NCBI GenBank assembly: GCA_963514005.1
Contig: OY740808.1
Location: forward strand, 23,746,001-23,810,000
Direction: 5' to 3'
Length of the DNA: 64,000 nucleotides
Source: Raja brachyura
Lineage: Eukaryota
Shown here: positions 48,031 through 61,127 of the stretch, piece after piece
Numbering within the stretch: position 1 is the stretch's first letter
How the letters are laid out: each line of letters begins with the position of its first letter
The notes under the pieces: generated by a model
Databases searched by the model: none
Seen by the model: the letters and a program-made list of their open reading frames with translations, nothing else
What the model was told of the DNA's origin: nothing
Made by a program: the position numbers and the translations under genes

Positions 48031-50724
48031 AACTATTTATATGTCTAGTCCTTTCATGTGTATGGGGAAACTCAGACAGATTCCTGGAGAAAACCATTTG
48101 TTACATCCCACCCTGTCTGTCTCCTATTTCCCAACAATACCACCAGATTTCCCCAATTTGTTGCAGTTCCTTTTGCTGGTGTGGAACTTTACCTCATGGA
48201 AGTATACATAGTCTAAACAAAAAGCCAATCTTGGCATGCACCTGCCACCATGGTTTATGAATCTCATATGTGCTCAGAAGCTAGTATTATAATGTATTAG
48301 TTTACCAATTTTTGACTTTTTCCTAAGGTGATCAGCTCTTTTCATAATGTGGTCATGCAACACTGATCTCATCGGTGCTCTGTGGGTTGTCAGTATTGCT
48401 GGGCTGCCATAGTTTTATCTACATATTCTGAAGCTCTATGAACACTGGTCTATTTGTCTTGGCAGACATTGACAAACAAAGAAACAGTGCTTTGAATATT
48501 TGACAAACATTCACACCCAATAACATCCCTATTCCTCTTTGTATAATAATAATGTACAGTAGCAATCTTTCAACACTATAATTTATGTTTGCTGTAAGAA
48601 ACATGAAAAGGAATTGTTGCATGCTCGCAGCTGATCTAGCATTCAGTAGATTAAGGCTGATCACTTTCATACCTTTTCAATTTATCTCTTTAAGTTTAAA
48701 GAATATTAATTTTGACACGATGCAAGAAATGAGCACTCAAAGCTCTCTGGGATAGTCCCAAATATCCATTTTAACTATGGGAGCTTCTGTACCATGTGGC
48801 CATCAGCAATTTACTGTAATATGATCCTGCCATCACCTCTTCAAGTGTAGACCGTGGTCACTGAATGCTGGCCACACCGTAACATCCATATCCTGCACAG
48901 GTTTACAAAATAGAAGCAATCTAAGCTCTGATGCGATTTGGTTGTGACTCTGGCCAGATGAAAAGCAGTTCTTGCCAACAACCCTGTCAAACCATCTTAG
49001 TATTTTACTTATAACAACAGTAAATGTTGGAAACACTCGGCAGGTTGGGCAGTATTTACATTCTTTGGAACGAGAAACGGAGTTAATATTTCAGAATCCT
49101 CCATGTATGCAATTTAGTTCCAAATACAGAAATATCTTGATATTTTACGACCACTTTAAACATATTAGATTGTTATGTAAATTGATTTTAACATATTAGA
49201 TCCGGTTACGTAAATGTATTTACTCAAGAAAGTTTTTTTTGAATAAATTAGTCTTTTTCAGACTGAATGTCAGTAAGTGCCCCAAGGATCAGTTGTTGGC
49301 CCTCAATTATTTACAGTTCATTAATGAACATGATAAAGAAGCAGATGGAGTGAGGTATCCAGGTTTGTCAATGATACAAGTACAAATGAGAGGGTGTATT
49401 ATGATTAGGATATTAAGATTCTACAAAGGCAGCAACTCTACCGTTGTGCCACTGTGCCGCCCACAGCTCCTATTTCGGGGAATTGAAGTTTTGGGCAAAC
49501 AGGCACCAGAACAGAAGATGAGGGTTTGAACAGAACTGTCATGATCATTTTGAATGGTGAGCTAGGCTTGTGGGGGTGAATCTCCTGCTCCTACTTTCCT
49601 ATGTTTAAAAGAATATTGGGCCATATCTCATTTGTGTTCTTTTCACTTATCTCAGTCTTACACTGAGGGCTGATCTCTATGGCCGTCCCACAGCCATGTC
49701 CACCAGTGAGATCTGGGAGAGCAGCCCCAACCTAATTTGTGACCCCACCCTTAAAATCTACCTTTCAGACTTTGACCGAAAGCAAAGACAGTGATGGAGC
49801 TTTTTCTCTCTTCAGAGTTGTCAAGTATTTTTTTTTACAGTTTTTAAATATCTCAAACACTAAGAGACTTTGAATACATCAAAATGCAATAATTAAAAAA
49901 TCTATTAAACATTTGTTATGAAATTATATCTTTAATCAATGACATGTCGGAAATAATTCAACACATTTAATAGTTAAATAACTAAAAGCAAATTACTTCC
50001 TCCTCTTCTTAACTTCTCTGGAATTCACAACTCTGGAATTCTTTTCAAAATCCATCTGCTATCTGATCCCAAGCTAGGTCGGACTGAATTGGAGTCCCTC
50101 ACAATCCAAGGCTGGATTCCCTCAGTGAAATTCACATGGAATTGTGCATGGAGTTCACTGACAGGTGTCGAGCCAAGTATGTCTGTATCTGCACACTTGT
50201 TGCTGAATGCAGAGGTTGGAAGCAATGAGCATTGGCAACTCCAACAAGGAAGATTCTTCCCATTGTCCAGTGGAATTTCTGTAAACCTTGGATATTTACC
50301 ATCATAAGTGAATGTGGCTGAACATGCTGAATGCTTTCAATAGATTTTGCTTTTGCTTTAGATTTTTATATATGCAGTTTTTTGCTTTAGAAGTAATAAT
50401 AGCAAACTATCAATATTGCGTAGAATTTCTGCTGGGCCTGAGTTGTGAACTTGTGCTTTGGTAAACCGAATTAAAAAAACAAGACTCTTATGTAAACATC
50501 TGTATATAAATTCAGTTTTATATTTACAATATTCACAATTCTGTATATGTTAAAACATCATTTTGATCCTAATCTGCAGATTAAACCCAACAAGGTAATT
50601 GCAATTTCTTAAATATGCTCTGAATTGATATGTAAATGCTGTAAAAGTATATGCTCTGTCAGTATATCATTTATTACATTAATTAAAAAATTATTGACAA
50701 GTTTTCTATATTTTGATCTTCCAG

Positions 50725-50797
50725 TTCCCAAGTAAAACATCTGGATGCAAATCAGACAGTGATTGTACAGCTGGATATCATGATTCACACAGCAATG
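50725..50797 (+). CDS. P2RX4: P2X4-like exon 4 (FPSKTSGCKSDSDCTAGYHDSHSN)
   Basis: AG/GT bounded, 73 nt; two conserved head-domain cysteines. Confidence 0.9.
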
Positions 50798-51806
50798 GTA
50801 TGTTACTGAAGGCGTAATGAAGAGTGAAATGTTGGTCAAAATGCAGGTACATAAGATACCTGAAAGGTACTTAAAAAAAAAGTAATTAGGAGGATGAAGT
50901 CGGCACAAAGAGGCACGGGTGGGCAGTATAAGGACAATCCCAAATGATTTTCAACTTTGGAAATAAAAATCATATCTGGTTTACTTATCTTCCTCCTGGA
51001 AGGATACCTAATTGCAGGAACAGCACCTCGTATTCCACTTGGGTATGAGCTCACGGTATGAACATTGGATTCTCCAATTTTTGGTAAACAAGCTAGGAAG
51101 GAAAAGAAATGCAATGTTGGCATTAATTTCAAGAGGACTAGAATATAAAAGCAAGAATATATAATGCTGAGGCTTTATTGGGCACATTTGGAATATTGTG
51201 AGCAGTATTGGTCCCCAATCTGAGAAAAGGATATGCTGGTATTGGAGGTCCAGCGGAGATTTTTGAGAATGATCCTGGGGATGATTGGGTTAAAGTATGA
51301 GGAGTGTTTGATGGCTCTGGGCTTGTACTTACTGAAGTCTAGAAGGATGAAGGATGCCTTCAGCACACCAAGTCCATGTCGACCAGTGATCACCTGTATA
51401 ATAGTTCTATACTATACACTTGGGACAATTTACAGAAGCCAATTAGCCTAGAAACTTGCATGTCTTTTGAATTTGGGAGGAAATTGGAGCACCCGGAGAA
51501 TACCCACATGGTCACAGGGAGAACATATAAACTCCATACAGGCGCTGTAAGGCAGCAACTCTACCGTTGCACCACTGGTGGTGTTCTATGGGCATTCTCT
51601 TGTTAAGCCTTTGTGTCTGATATCTGTACTGGGATGCCGAGACAATGGACCCATTTATTTTTACAAGGATGGTATAGGTGTGGGGAGAGTGCAGGTGGTG
51701 ATTCTGGGTTGCTGTCTGAACCGAGCACCGTTTGACCCATGAGAAATAAATCTGTTAGTTTTCAATCGCAAATGTGACTAATTTTGAGTTTTTGATTTTG
51801 CTTCAG

Positions 51807-51894
51807 GCGTTTTAACTGGAAAATGCAATAAACACGTAAACACGTGTGAAATTTACGGATGGTGCCCTGTGGAGAACGATTCTGTTATTCCCAA
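51807..51894 (+). CDS. P2RX4: P2X4-like exon 5 ([30 protein letters not shown])
   Basis: AG/GT bounded, 88 nt; TCE..WCP motif. Confidence 0.92.
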
Positions 51895-54055
51895 GTTAGT
51901 GAAATATTGATTTGATGTTGTTTAAGTTAATGCTGCCAATTATTACAAATAAACCTAAAATGATCCAGTTATCGGTTTTGAGGGAATCTTTCAAAAACTT
52001 TGTATTCTTTCCACATATTTTGAACAATATGGAATCCAATGCTCCATGCAGTTTCAACTATGCCATACACAACTTTAACATTTCTTTAGCCTATTATGCA
52101 CACTTAGTTTTGTGCAGTTTCATCTTCTTTACTACTGAGTGAACTGCACACTGAACTAAAGGTTCAAATTACAAATTGCCAAAAGTGACTTGCAACTGGC
52201 TTGCATGCACCACTGTCACTTATGTTTATTAAGAAAGAACTGCAGATGCTGGAACAATCGAAGGTAGACAAAAATGCTGGAGAAATTCAGCGGGTGAGGC
52301 AGCATCTATGGAGCGAAGGACTAGGTGACGTTTCGGGTCCAAAGAAGGGTCTCATCCTGAAAAGCCACCTATTCCTTCGCTCCACAGATGCTGCCTCACC
52401 CGCTGAGTTTCTGCAGCATTTTTGTCTACAGTCACTTATGGATTTCTAAATTACTAAATTACATGAAGTTTGATGTCTTCATAATTGAACCATTTATAAA
52501 AAGTAAGCAAAATCAAAAGCAACGTGTTGGGGGAACTCAGCAGTTCAGGCAGCATCTGTGGAAGGAATGGACAGATGATATTTTGAGTTGGGACCCTTCT
52601 TGAATCAGTCTGAAGAAAGGTCCCGATCCAAAACGTTGCCTATTCATTCACTCCACACATGCGACTGACCCACTGAGTTCCTTCAACACTGTGTGTTTTG
52701 CTCAAGATTGCAGCATCTGCAGTTCTTTGTGTCTCCAAGCAAAATTAAAAACTGTATGCTGAAAAATTGAAATAAAAAGTGGAAATGTTGGAAATACTCA
52801 GTAGATGTGGCACCGGCTGTGGAGAGAGAAACAGAGCTAACATTTCAGTATAAGAAAGAACTGCAGATGCTGGAAAAAGCAAAGGTAGACAAAAATGCTG
52901 GAGAAACTCAGCGAAGGGTCTCGACCAGAAACGTCGCCTATTCCTTCTCTCCATAGATGCTGCCTCACCCGCAGAGTTTCTCCAACATTTTTGTCTACTA
53001 ACGTTTCAGTTATCAGAACTGGAAAGTATGTGGGGATGTAACAGGATATAAGCAAATACAAGGGTAGCTTTGGTTGCGGTTGGAGCTGAGGAGGAGAGGA
53101 ATGAACGGTACAAAAGATTATGGGGGTGAAAGAAAGCCAAGATGCCTGCCATATTTCACTATCCAATCTCTACTATCAACAACCATCTTAAGAACAATAT
53201 CTCATTACTGACTCCTTTGGAACATAAGTGGCTTTTTAAGCATGAAACCTTCTGATACACCAATACTGTATGTTGTCTTTCTTTGTTATATATCCTTTTT
53301 ATTGCCACACACTCTCTGAATTAGATATTACATGAGAATTTGTGTCCCGAAATCCAAGTATTTGTCGTCTATCGTTCAGATCTGCAATGTTCTAACAAAC
53401 ACTTAAGAACAATCAGGCTTGCATCAATCTTTTGGGTGATCTTTTGTGTTGCCCTGCAAAAGGTTTGGACCCCACACCCAGCAATTAAAGCAAGATTTTT
53501 AAGTCATTAATATTGCAGTTCCTGGTTACTACGTACCAATGCATTGTGATATTAGACAGGATCGCACTAGACCTTAACCTTAGCGAAGCACATTGGGTTC
53601 TTGGACAAAGCTTGTAGTCATGCTTTTGAAACCACTGTCTTCCAATGTCCTGTTGATCTCGATGCTGTGGTGATGGGTCTGCAGGCTGCAGAAAGTTACC
53701 CTTCTTATAGTAAAAAGAGCCAACTGTCCTCTTCCATTATTTGCAAATGTATTTAACGATTGGAGACTTTAAACAATAGTTGGAAATCGTGTGAGTAGTT
53801 AGTCCAATTTATAAAAAATATATATATACAAGTCATTTGGAATGTGTTCAACATTTAAAAATGTATAGTAATTAAAATAACATTTTACAAAAATCAAAGT
53901 AAGCTATTTCTCTTTTAATATTAAAATTGCAAATTAATTTCAAGACTTTTAAACAGTATACATTACCAATATAGCTCCTCAGACTAAACTATGCTGAACA
54001 ATAAGAGAACTTTAGAAGAAAACAAAGTAAAAGTTTAAGGATATTTATATCAATC

Positions 54056-55005
54056 ATAGACAATAGGTGCAGGAGTAGGCCATTCGGCCCCTCGAGCCAG
54101 CATTGCCATTTAATGTGATCATGGCTGATCATCCACAATCAGTACCCGTTCCTGTCTTCTCCCCATATCCCTTGACTCCGCTATCTTTAAGAGCTCTGTC
54201 TTGAAAGCATCCAGAGAGCCAGCCTTCACCACCTCTGAGGCAGAGAATTCCACAGACTCACAACTCTCTGTGTGAAAAAGTTTTTCCTGATCTCCAGTCT
54301 AAATGGCTTACCCCTTATTCTTAAACTGTGGCCCCTGTTTCTGGACTCCCCCAACACCAGGAACATGTTTCTTGCTTCCAGTGTGTCCAAACCCTTAATA
54401 ATCTTATATGTTTCAATAAGATCCCCTCTCATTCTAAATTCCAGAGTATACAAGCCCAGCCGCTCCATTCTCTCAGCATATGACAGTCCCACCATCCCGG
54501 GAATTAACCTTGTAAATGTACGATGCGCTCCCTCAATAGCAAGAATGTCCTTCCCAAATTAGGGGACCAAAACTACACACAATACTCCAGGTGTGGTCTC
54601 ACTAGGGCCCTATACACTAGGGCCCTATACCTCTTTGCTCCTATACTCAACTCTTGTTATGAAGGCCAAATGCCATTCGTTTTCTTCACTGCCTGCTGTA
54701 CCTGCATGCTTACTTTCATTGACTGATGAACAAGGACCCCCAGATCCCGTTGTACTTCCCCTTTTCCCAACTTGACTCCATTTAGATAATAACCTGCCTT
54801 CCTGTTTTTGCCACCAAAGTGGATAACCGCACATTTATCCACATTAAAGTGCATCTGCCAACTCACCCAACCTGTTCAAGTCACTCTGTATCCTCATAGC
54901 ATCCTCTTCACAGTTCACACTGCCACCCAGCTTTGTGTCATCTGCAAATTTGCTAATGTTACTTTTAATCCCTTCATCTAAATCATTAATGTATGTTGTA
55001 AATAA
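54056..55005 (-). mobile_element. CR1-type LINE 3' fragment
   Basis: ORFs with YINDLDEGIKSNISKFADDTKLGG, WQMHFNVDKC, RDLGV, RGHSLRIRGKPFRLEIRKNFFTQRVVSLWNSLP; (CTAT)-type tail. Confidence 0.9.
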
Positions 55006-55043
55006 TATACAAAAATAATCATATAAATGATCTTTCATTTTAG

Positions 55044-55124
55044 GCCAGCAATTCTTGAACAAGCTGAAAATTTCACTGTGTTAATCAAGAACAGCATTAT
55101 CTTCCCTAAATTTCAATTTTCAAA
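55044..55124 (+). CDS. P2RX4: P2X4-like exon 6 (PAILEQAENFTVLIKNSIIFPKFQFSK)
   Basis: AG/GT bounded, 81 nt; AENFT motif. Confidence 0.92.
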
Positions 55125-55202
55125 GTAAGTTTTTATCCATTTATATAACACATACTCATAATGTAACAAGTATCTAACAGACATCCCTTTGTCTTACCAC
55201 AG

Positions 55203-55344
55203 GAGAAATATATTGCCGAGTGCAAATGCAAGCTACTTAAAAGTTTGTAGGTTCAATCAGAAAAATGATCCGTCCTGTCCAATTTTTATCCTGGGAGATA
55301 TGGTTCGAGACGCAGGAGAAAATTTTCAGGAATTATCTGTTCAG
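55203..55344 (+). CDS. P2RX4: P2X4-like exon 7 (RNILPSANASYLKVCRFNQKNDPSCPIFILGDMVRDAGENFQELSVQ)
   Basis: AG/GT bounded, 142 nt; lies within ORF 55189..55458; CPIF motif. Confidence 0.93.
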
Positions 55345-56946
55345 GTTTGTTTTATTTATCTCAATCTTGTATTATGTAGATATTTATTAATCCATCTAAT
55401 AGGCTGTAATATCATAACCTACTCTGAGCAACTGATATCTTGCAAGATCATGTTATAATTGAAGCAAAACTGTCTCACACTTGCTAAACAATTACATCCT
55501 GTACAAAAAAAGCCACAATGGTTGACAGAGAAAAGTTTAATTTAAAGATAAAACATGAAACAGGCCCTTCGGCTTACTGAGTCCATGCCGACCATCGATC
55601 ACCCGTTTGCTAGGTCTATGTTATTCCACTTTCTTATCCATTCACAACACACTCACATTCACAACACACAACAGTAGGGTCAGTTTTACAGAGGGCAATT
55701 ACCTGTGAAAGATTGAAAAGGCAAATTCAGACATTTAAAGGGACATGATAGTTTTATTTCAACTCTGTCTACTTGTGTCCTCACTTTCAGGGAACTATAG
55801 TCCTGGACACCAAGATCCCTCTGTACATCAATGCTGTTAAGAGTCATGCCACTAATTGTATATTTTCCCCTTATATTTGACCTCCTATAGCTCAACACCT
55901 CACACTTGCTTTAATTAAACTCCACCTGTCATTTCTCCTCCCATTTCTATAGTTGATCTATATCAAACTGTGCACTTTGACAGTGTTCCTTATGGCAATC
56001 TTGACGTCACCTATGCCTCATTTTATATAACGGATCAGATTTTCTTGCTTGCTACTTAATTCTATCTTTTTGCCATTACATTTCATCCCTTTCCTCTTTT
56101 GTATCTTCAATTGTTAATTTCTAATTGCATTTTCCTTCTTATTTGGAGCTGCAGAACGTGGTGTGGAAAATGTCCAAACTGCTTGATGTTGGTACTGTTC
56201 TAACTTGTGCACACTGGCTCTATTATTTACATGATCACCAAGCTATTGTTGGCAGGGAAATCTGCTGTGTGGTTCCACCACAGTAGATGTCAATCCCTTC
56301 TTTGTGTTATCACTAATGCTCATCATTGGATATAAGGCCCTAGGAAAAACTGGGTCAATCAAAATATTTTCCGGTGGTCTGAGAAGGATGCGGTGAACAC
56401 AGACCAAGGATAAAATGTGTAGTCTACCTGGCATATTGACATGAGAATTGTCATTTTTTTCCCTCCATTTTACCAAAATATGGGCCTCATTCCAATACGT
56501 TCTTCCTGTGACCGTGTGGGTTTCCTCCCACATCCCAAAGATGAACAAAATGTGTAGTCCTCCTGGCCTATTGACATGAGAATGGTCATTTTTGTCTCCA
56601 TTTTCCCAAAATATAGGCCTCATTCGAATAAGTTCTCCCTGTGACCATGTGGGTTTCCTCCCACATCCCAAAGATGTGCTGGTTTCTAGGTTAATTGATC
56701 TATGTAAATTGCCCCTAATGATGAAAAAGAGGGATAACATAGAACTGGTGTGAATGGGTGATTACTGATGGTCGATGTGGATGAAGGATCTGTTTCCATG
56801 CTGTATCTCTAAACTGAAACTAAAATTAAAGCTTTAGGTGATCTTCAGATATCAATTATGCAAGGGGTTGAGTTAGCTGATATTAGCTAAAAAACTTTCA
56901 TTTTAATTTAGCAAAATTTGTACTTTGAATATCATTTCTTTTTCAG

Positions 56947-57080
56947 GGTGGAGTGATGGGTATTTTCATAAACTGGAATTGTAACCTGGATCGACCGGCA
57001 TCTGAATGTTTCCCAGTGTACAAATTTCGCCGGCTTGACAAAAGTACAAATGAAGCACTGGCGCCTGGTTATAATTTTAG
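56947..57080 (+). CDS. P2RX4: P2X4-like exon 8 (GGVMGIFINWNCNLDRPASECFPVYKFRRLDKSTNEALAPGYNFR)
   Basis: AG/GT bounded, 134 nt; WxCNLD, FRRLD and PGYNFR motifs. Confidence 0.93.
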
Positions 57081-57211
57081 GTATGTATAGACTTCAAAAT
57101 ATTTGTCAAATAAGAGATCAAACATTAGCCTCCACGTTTTCTGTTTTCAATGAGAACAAAGACCTAGCCTCTTTATCTGCTTTACCAGGTGGCAGAGCAG
57201 TTGCTTACAGC

Positions 57212-57485
57212 AGGGCGGCACAGCAGTAGAGTTGTTGCTTACAGTGCCAGAGACTCGGGTTCGATCCCGACTACGGGTGCTGTCTGTACAGAGTTTGTAC
57301 ATTCTCCCTGTGATTGCGTGGGTTTTCTCCGAGATCTTTGGTTTTCTCCAAAGACATACAGGTTTGTAGGTTAATTGGCTTGATTAGGTGTAAATTGTCC
57401 CTGGTGTAAGTGTGTTGGGATCTTTGGAAGGTGCGGACTCGGTGGGCCGAAGGGCCTGTTTCCGCGCTTTATCTCTAAACTAAAC
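57212..57485 (+). mobile_element. tRNA-derived SINE (HE1-like) with CR1-type 3' tail
   Basis: B box GGTTCGATCCC; GTGGGTTTTCTCC; GGGCCGAAGGGCCTGTTTCCGCGCT..ATCTCTAAACTAAAC tail. Confidence 0.85.
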
Positions 57486-57880
57486 TTTAGGATGTTGGAG
57501 GAAACTGGAATACCCAGAGGAAACCCATGAGGTCACAGAGAGAACGTACTAAAATGAGGCCAACATTTTGATAGTTTTGTAAGATGGAGACAGAAATGGC
57601 CATTCACAAATACACATATGCTGCCTTCTCCTCATTGTGAGCTGCATATTAACTTTCAGTGAATTGTGTGCAAAGACTCAAGTTTCTCTGAACATGGACG
57701 TTTCCCTATCACCCATTGACGTACTTTGTTTTGGGAGAACCATTCAGGTTCAAGTTTCTCCAGAGTTTATGCTGCTCAAGTGATTTCTTTTTTGTATGGC
57801 ATGGTTTAAACCAATATTTGAATTTGATTATATTTAAAGTTAAGACACAGTTTCCTAACTTGAACAATAATATAAAACAG

Positions 57881-57974
57881 ATTTGCTAAATACAACATAA
57901 ATGAAAATGGAACACAATCAAGAACATTATACAAAGCTTACGGTATACGATTCATCATTGACGTTTTTGGTAAG
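57881..57974 (+). CDS. P2RX4: P2X4-like exon 9 (FAKYNINENGTQSRTLYKAYGIRFIIDVFGK)
   Basis: AG/GT bounded, 94 nt; RTLxKAYGIRF motif. Confidence 0.92.
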
Positions 57975-60208
57975 GTGAGTGATTTTTTTCTGTATCTATT
58001 CATTCTTGAGATGTGGTGGTTGTGCCTGACAAGACCAGCATATTGTCCATTCTAATTGGTGTTGAATTGGTGAACTGCCATCCTGAACATGCTGAGTAGT
58101 TACAATAACAGTGCTGTTAAGTAAATGCTTCTATGATTTTGGCCCAGTGACAAAAGAACAATAATTATTTTTCAAGTTGCTATTCCGTAAGAGGAGGGAG
58201 GGATGATAGATGTGGACTTTGTTCCAATTGTATTAATCCAGGCAAGTGACAAGTATTCTATCACCATCTTGCCTTGTCATTTTCTAACAAGTCTAACTTC
58301 TGACATTGTGTGTTACTGGTTGAATTACATTATTGGAGGCTATAATGATAACTACCAAGAAGAAATAAGTACAGTTATGAGGGAAAACTGTAGCAACGCA
58401 GCGCACTTCACAACGCCAGAGACCTGGGTTCAATCCTATCTTCGGGTGCTGTCTGTGTGGAGTTTGCATGTTTTCCCTGTGACTGTGTGGGTTTCCTCCC
58501 ACATCCCAAAGACGTGCAGGTTTGTAGATTAATTGGCCTCTGTAAATTGACCTTGGTGTGTCGGGAGTGGATGAGAAAGTGCGATAACTTACAACTGTGA
58601 GTTTATCAGCCTTGTGAATGTAGACTAGGTCTTGCTATAGGCACAGATCTTAAGCCAAGTCCCAGATTTTCTCATTTTACAGCAATGTGCATGTCCAAAA
58701 CTTTTTTCACCTTCAATGGCTCAATGCCAGTGGTTTAGCCATAACCTTTGGCAATATCGACATAATGTGACACATAATATTTATTTAAAATGGGATGACA
58801 ATACCAAATTGTAGAAGTATTTAATAACCAGATTAATATGGTGACATAAAATAAAATTGTCTCAATAATTTGTAGAGGCAGTTAACTTTCCTGGTTGCCT
58901 TTGTCTTTATTCCTATTTGTGGGGGATCCCTTATATGTACAACACACAATACATTACTGTGTCCTAATAAATGTACAGATATCAGTTGCTATTGGACATT
59001 CCAATGTCCTTGAAAGGTTATAAAAAATTATTCATTGTAAATTGCTTTAGGATGTCTTGGAAAGAGTATGAAAGATAACATTCACAAAACATGATCCACT
59101 TCTAGTGATGTTGAATTCTGTTTTGAGGGCAAGATCATAACAAGTTTAAAATTGTTGAACAGTTTTTGGCTAAAATTTGATGAGGCGCAGAATGGAATCT
59201 AGTTTTTAAACTGGTCAAAATAAATTTTCCTTTTCAAAAAACAATGCTGGCTATTCATTATCATTTTTTCAATTTTTAGTTTTTCTATTTCCCCTAGTGG
59301 GATTCTATTTAAAAAAAAATTATATTACATTATCTCAGGCATGACACCTTTTATCCAGTAATTTATCAAATATCTATAGTGATGTTTTCTCTCTCATCTC
59401 ATAAAATGAGTGAGTGATCCATCCGAATCTGGGATATTTTCTTTATTTTGTCCCCCTTTCTTGATTTCAAATGGACTTATCATTATTTGTGTTATCCAAT
59501 GCAATGTCCACGTGTTATCTCTTCAGTAAATGATTTAATATTTCTGCCATTTCCTAATCCTTCCAAACTTTTATTTTGTTGGTGCAATAGTGAAATATTT
59601 TGCTATTTTATACCCCTTCCTTACTTTAATATAATTTCACGATTGCTCCATCTTTTTTTTGATGGGTCATATTCTGCATTCTTCTGGTGTCTGTGTAGTT
59701 ACTGTATGCATCTTGTCTTGCCTTTAATTATTCTCATATTCCTTTATTCATCTACTATGCCACGAGTGTTTAGCTTATTTTATTTCTATTTTCCCTCTAC
59801 TCTGTTGGGCACCATTTTAAATTTTGTTGTGGTTGCTTTACCAATATTATTCCCAAATTCTATTCCCAACTTCCAAATTAACTTTTCTCTGATCTATTAA
59901 TTTTTTTCTCCATGGTCACTGCAGCCTAAGCAATCCCTAACTATTACTTTAGATAAGTGAATTTATGAATAAACATTTAGATACGTTTGAAAATTAATGC
60001 AGTTTTGAATATAACTCTCAAAGTGAAAGTAGTGAACTTGCTAGAAGGTAATGAATCTGCTGAAAACTAAACAATTCAGGTTGAGGCCAAAAGGATGATT
60101 TTTTTCTTCAAGCGATTATATTCCTTCTTCATATTGTTTATAACAGAAATATATAATCCCTGCTTCCAATATTGATAAATACTGCTTTAAAACTATTATT
60201 CTCCACAG

Positions 60209-60274
60209 GCTGGAAAATTTAACATTATCCCAACATTGATAAATATAGGATCTGGTTTAGCCTTACTGGGAATG
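60209..60274 (+). CDS. P2RX4: P2X4-like exon 10 ([24 protein letters not shown]2)
   Basis: AG/GT bounded, 66 nt; TM2 nearly identical to P2X4 ([17 protein letters not shown]). Confidence 0.93.
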
Positions 60275-61031
60275 GTAAGTTATTTTGTGTTTTTAAAATA
60301 GACATATGAAATAGTTAAGGTGTGTGAATTTATGCATTATTTACAGCAAATATTTTTATAGATCATATTGTTGCTTTGATAGTTTTTTGTTGAGGAAATT
60401 GAGGAAAACAAATCAAACTATCACTAATCATATCTAAAACCATCAGCTAAAGCAACCAGGTTGTTTTATTTGGAACCTGGTGCTTCATTTTATAGTGCAC
60501 ACAGCTCCACTTGCAGCACATTAAGCGTGATTGCTATTATTTTATCTTTATGTATATGGCACATGGAGATATTAATCATCAATGCTTTACAGCTCTCAAC
60601 TGTTCCATCCCACAGTAATTAGCTCCCAAAGCCAAACCCATTCTTGATCCTTCAAGTTATACTTTATGCTCTTCTGTTAAAGTTATATAGCAGCACTTCC
60701 ACTTTACCTTATTCATTTTTATGACCATCCTAACCATATAGTAGTTTTATTAGCCACTGTAAACTGTTCTGAGTGGTATACTGGATATTATAATCTGAAA
60801 GGAGTTAATGAGAATGAGGGGAGAATAAAATTGGGATTAGTGTAACCTTAGTGGACTAAAGAGCTTGTATATGCATTATATTACCCTAAATTTGCAAACA
60901 ACAATTAAAATGAGGCAGTGTACCAGTGACATTTATTGAATCTTATGTTTATAAACGTCAGATATTATATTAATCTATTTTAGATCGAAATATCTTTGAA
61001 GTTGCATTATAATTAAAATGTTCCCTTTCAG

Positions 61032-61127
61032 GCAACAATTGTGTGTGATATAATTGCTCTGAACATCTTAAAAAAAAAACATCATTATGAAGAAATGAAG
61101 TACAAATCTATTAGAGACGGTGAATTG
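61032..61127 (+). CDS. P2RX4: P2X4-like exon 11 (ATIVCDIIALNILKKKHHYEEMKYKSIRDGEL); terminal exon unresolved
   Basis: AG/GT bounded, 96 nt; YxxxK motif; no P2X7-type cysteine-rich anchor. Confidence 0.9.

Noticed and set aside
52228-53000. Clustered recurring motifs resembling a CRISPR array
   Set aside because: The context is eukaryotic, spacing is irregular and arms are inverted; these are Penelope-derived fold-back repeats and no cas genes are present.
59448-59900. 150-aa hydrophobic ORF
   Set aside because: T-rich intronic sequence with a non-ATG start and no recognisable domain; probably the antisense of a decayed repeat.
28085-61127. Calling the gene P2RX7 from synteny
   Set aside because: TM2 and exon 11 are P2X4-like, with no cysteine anchor or ballast domain visible; the question is kept as a finding.
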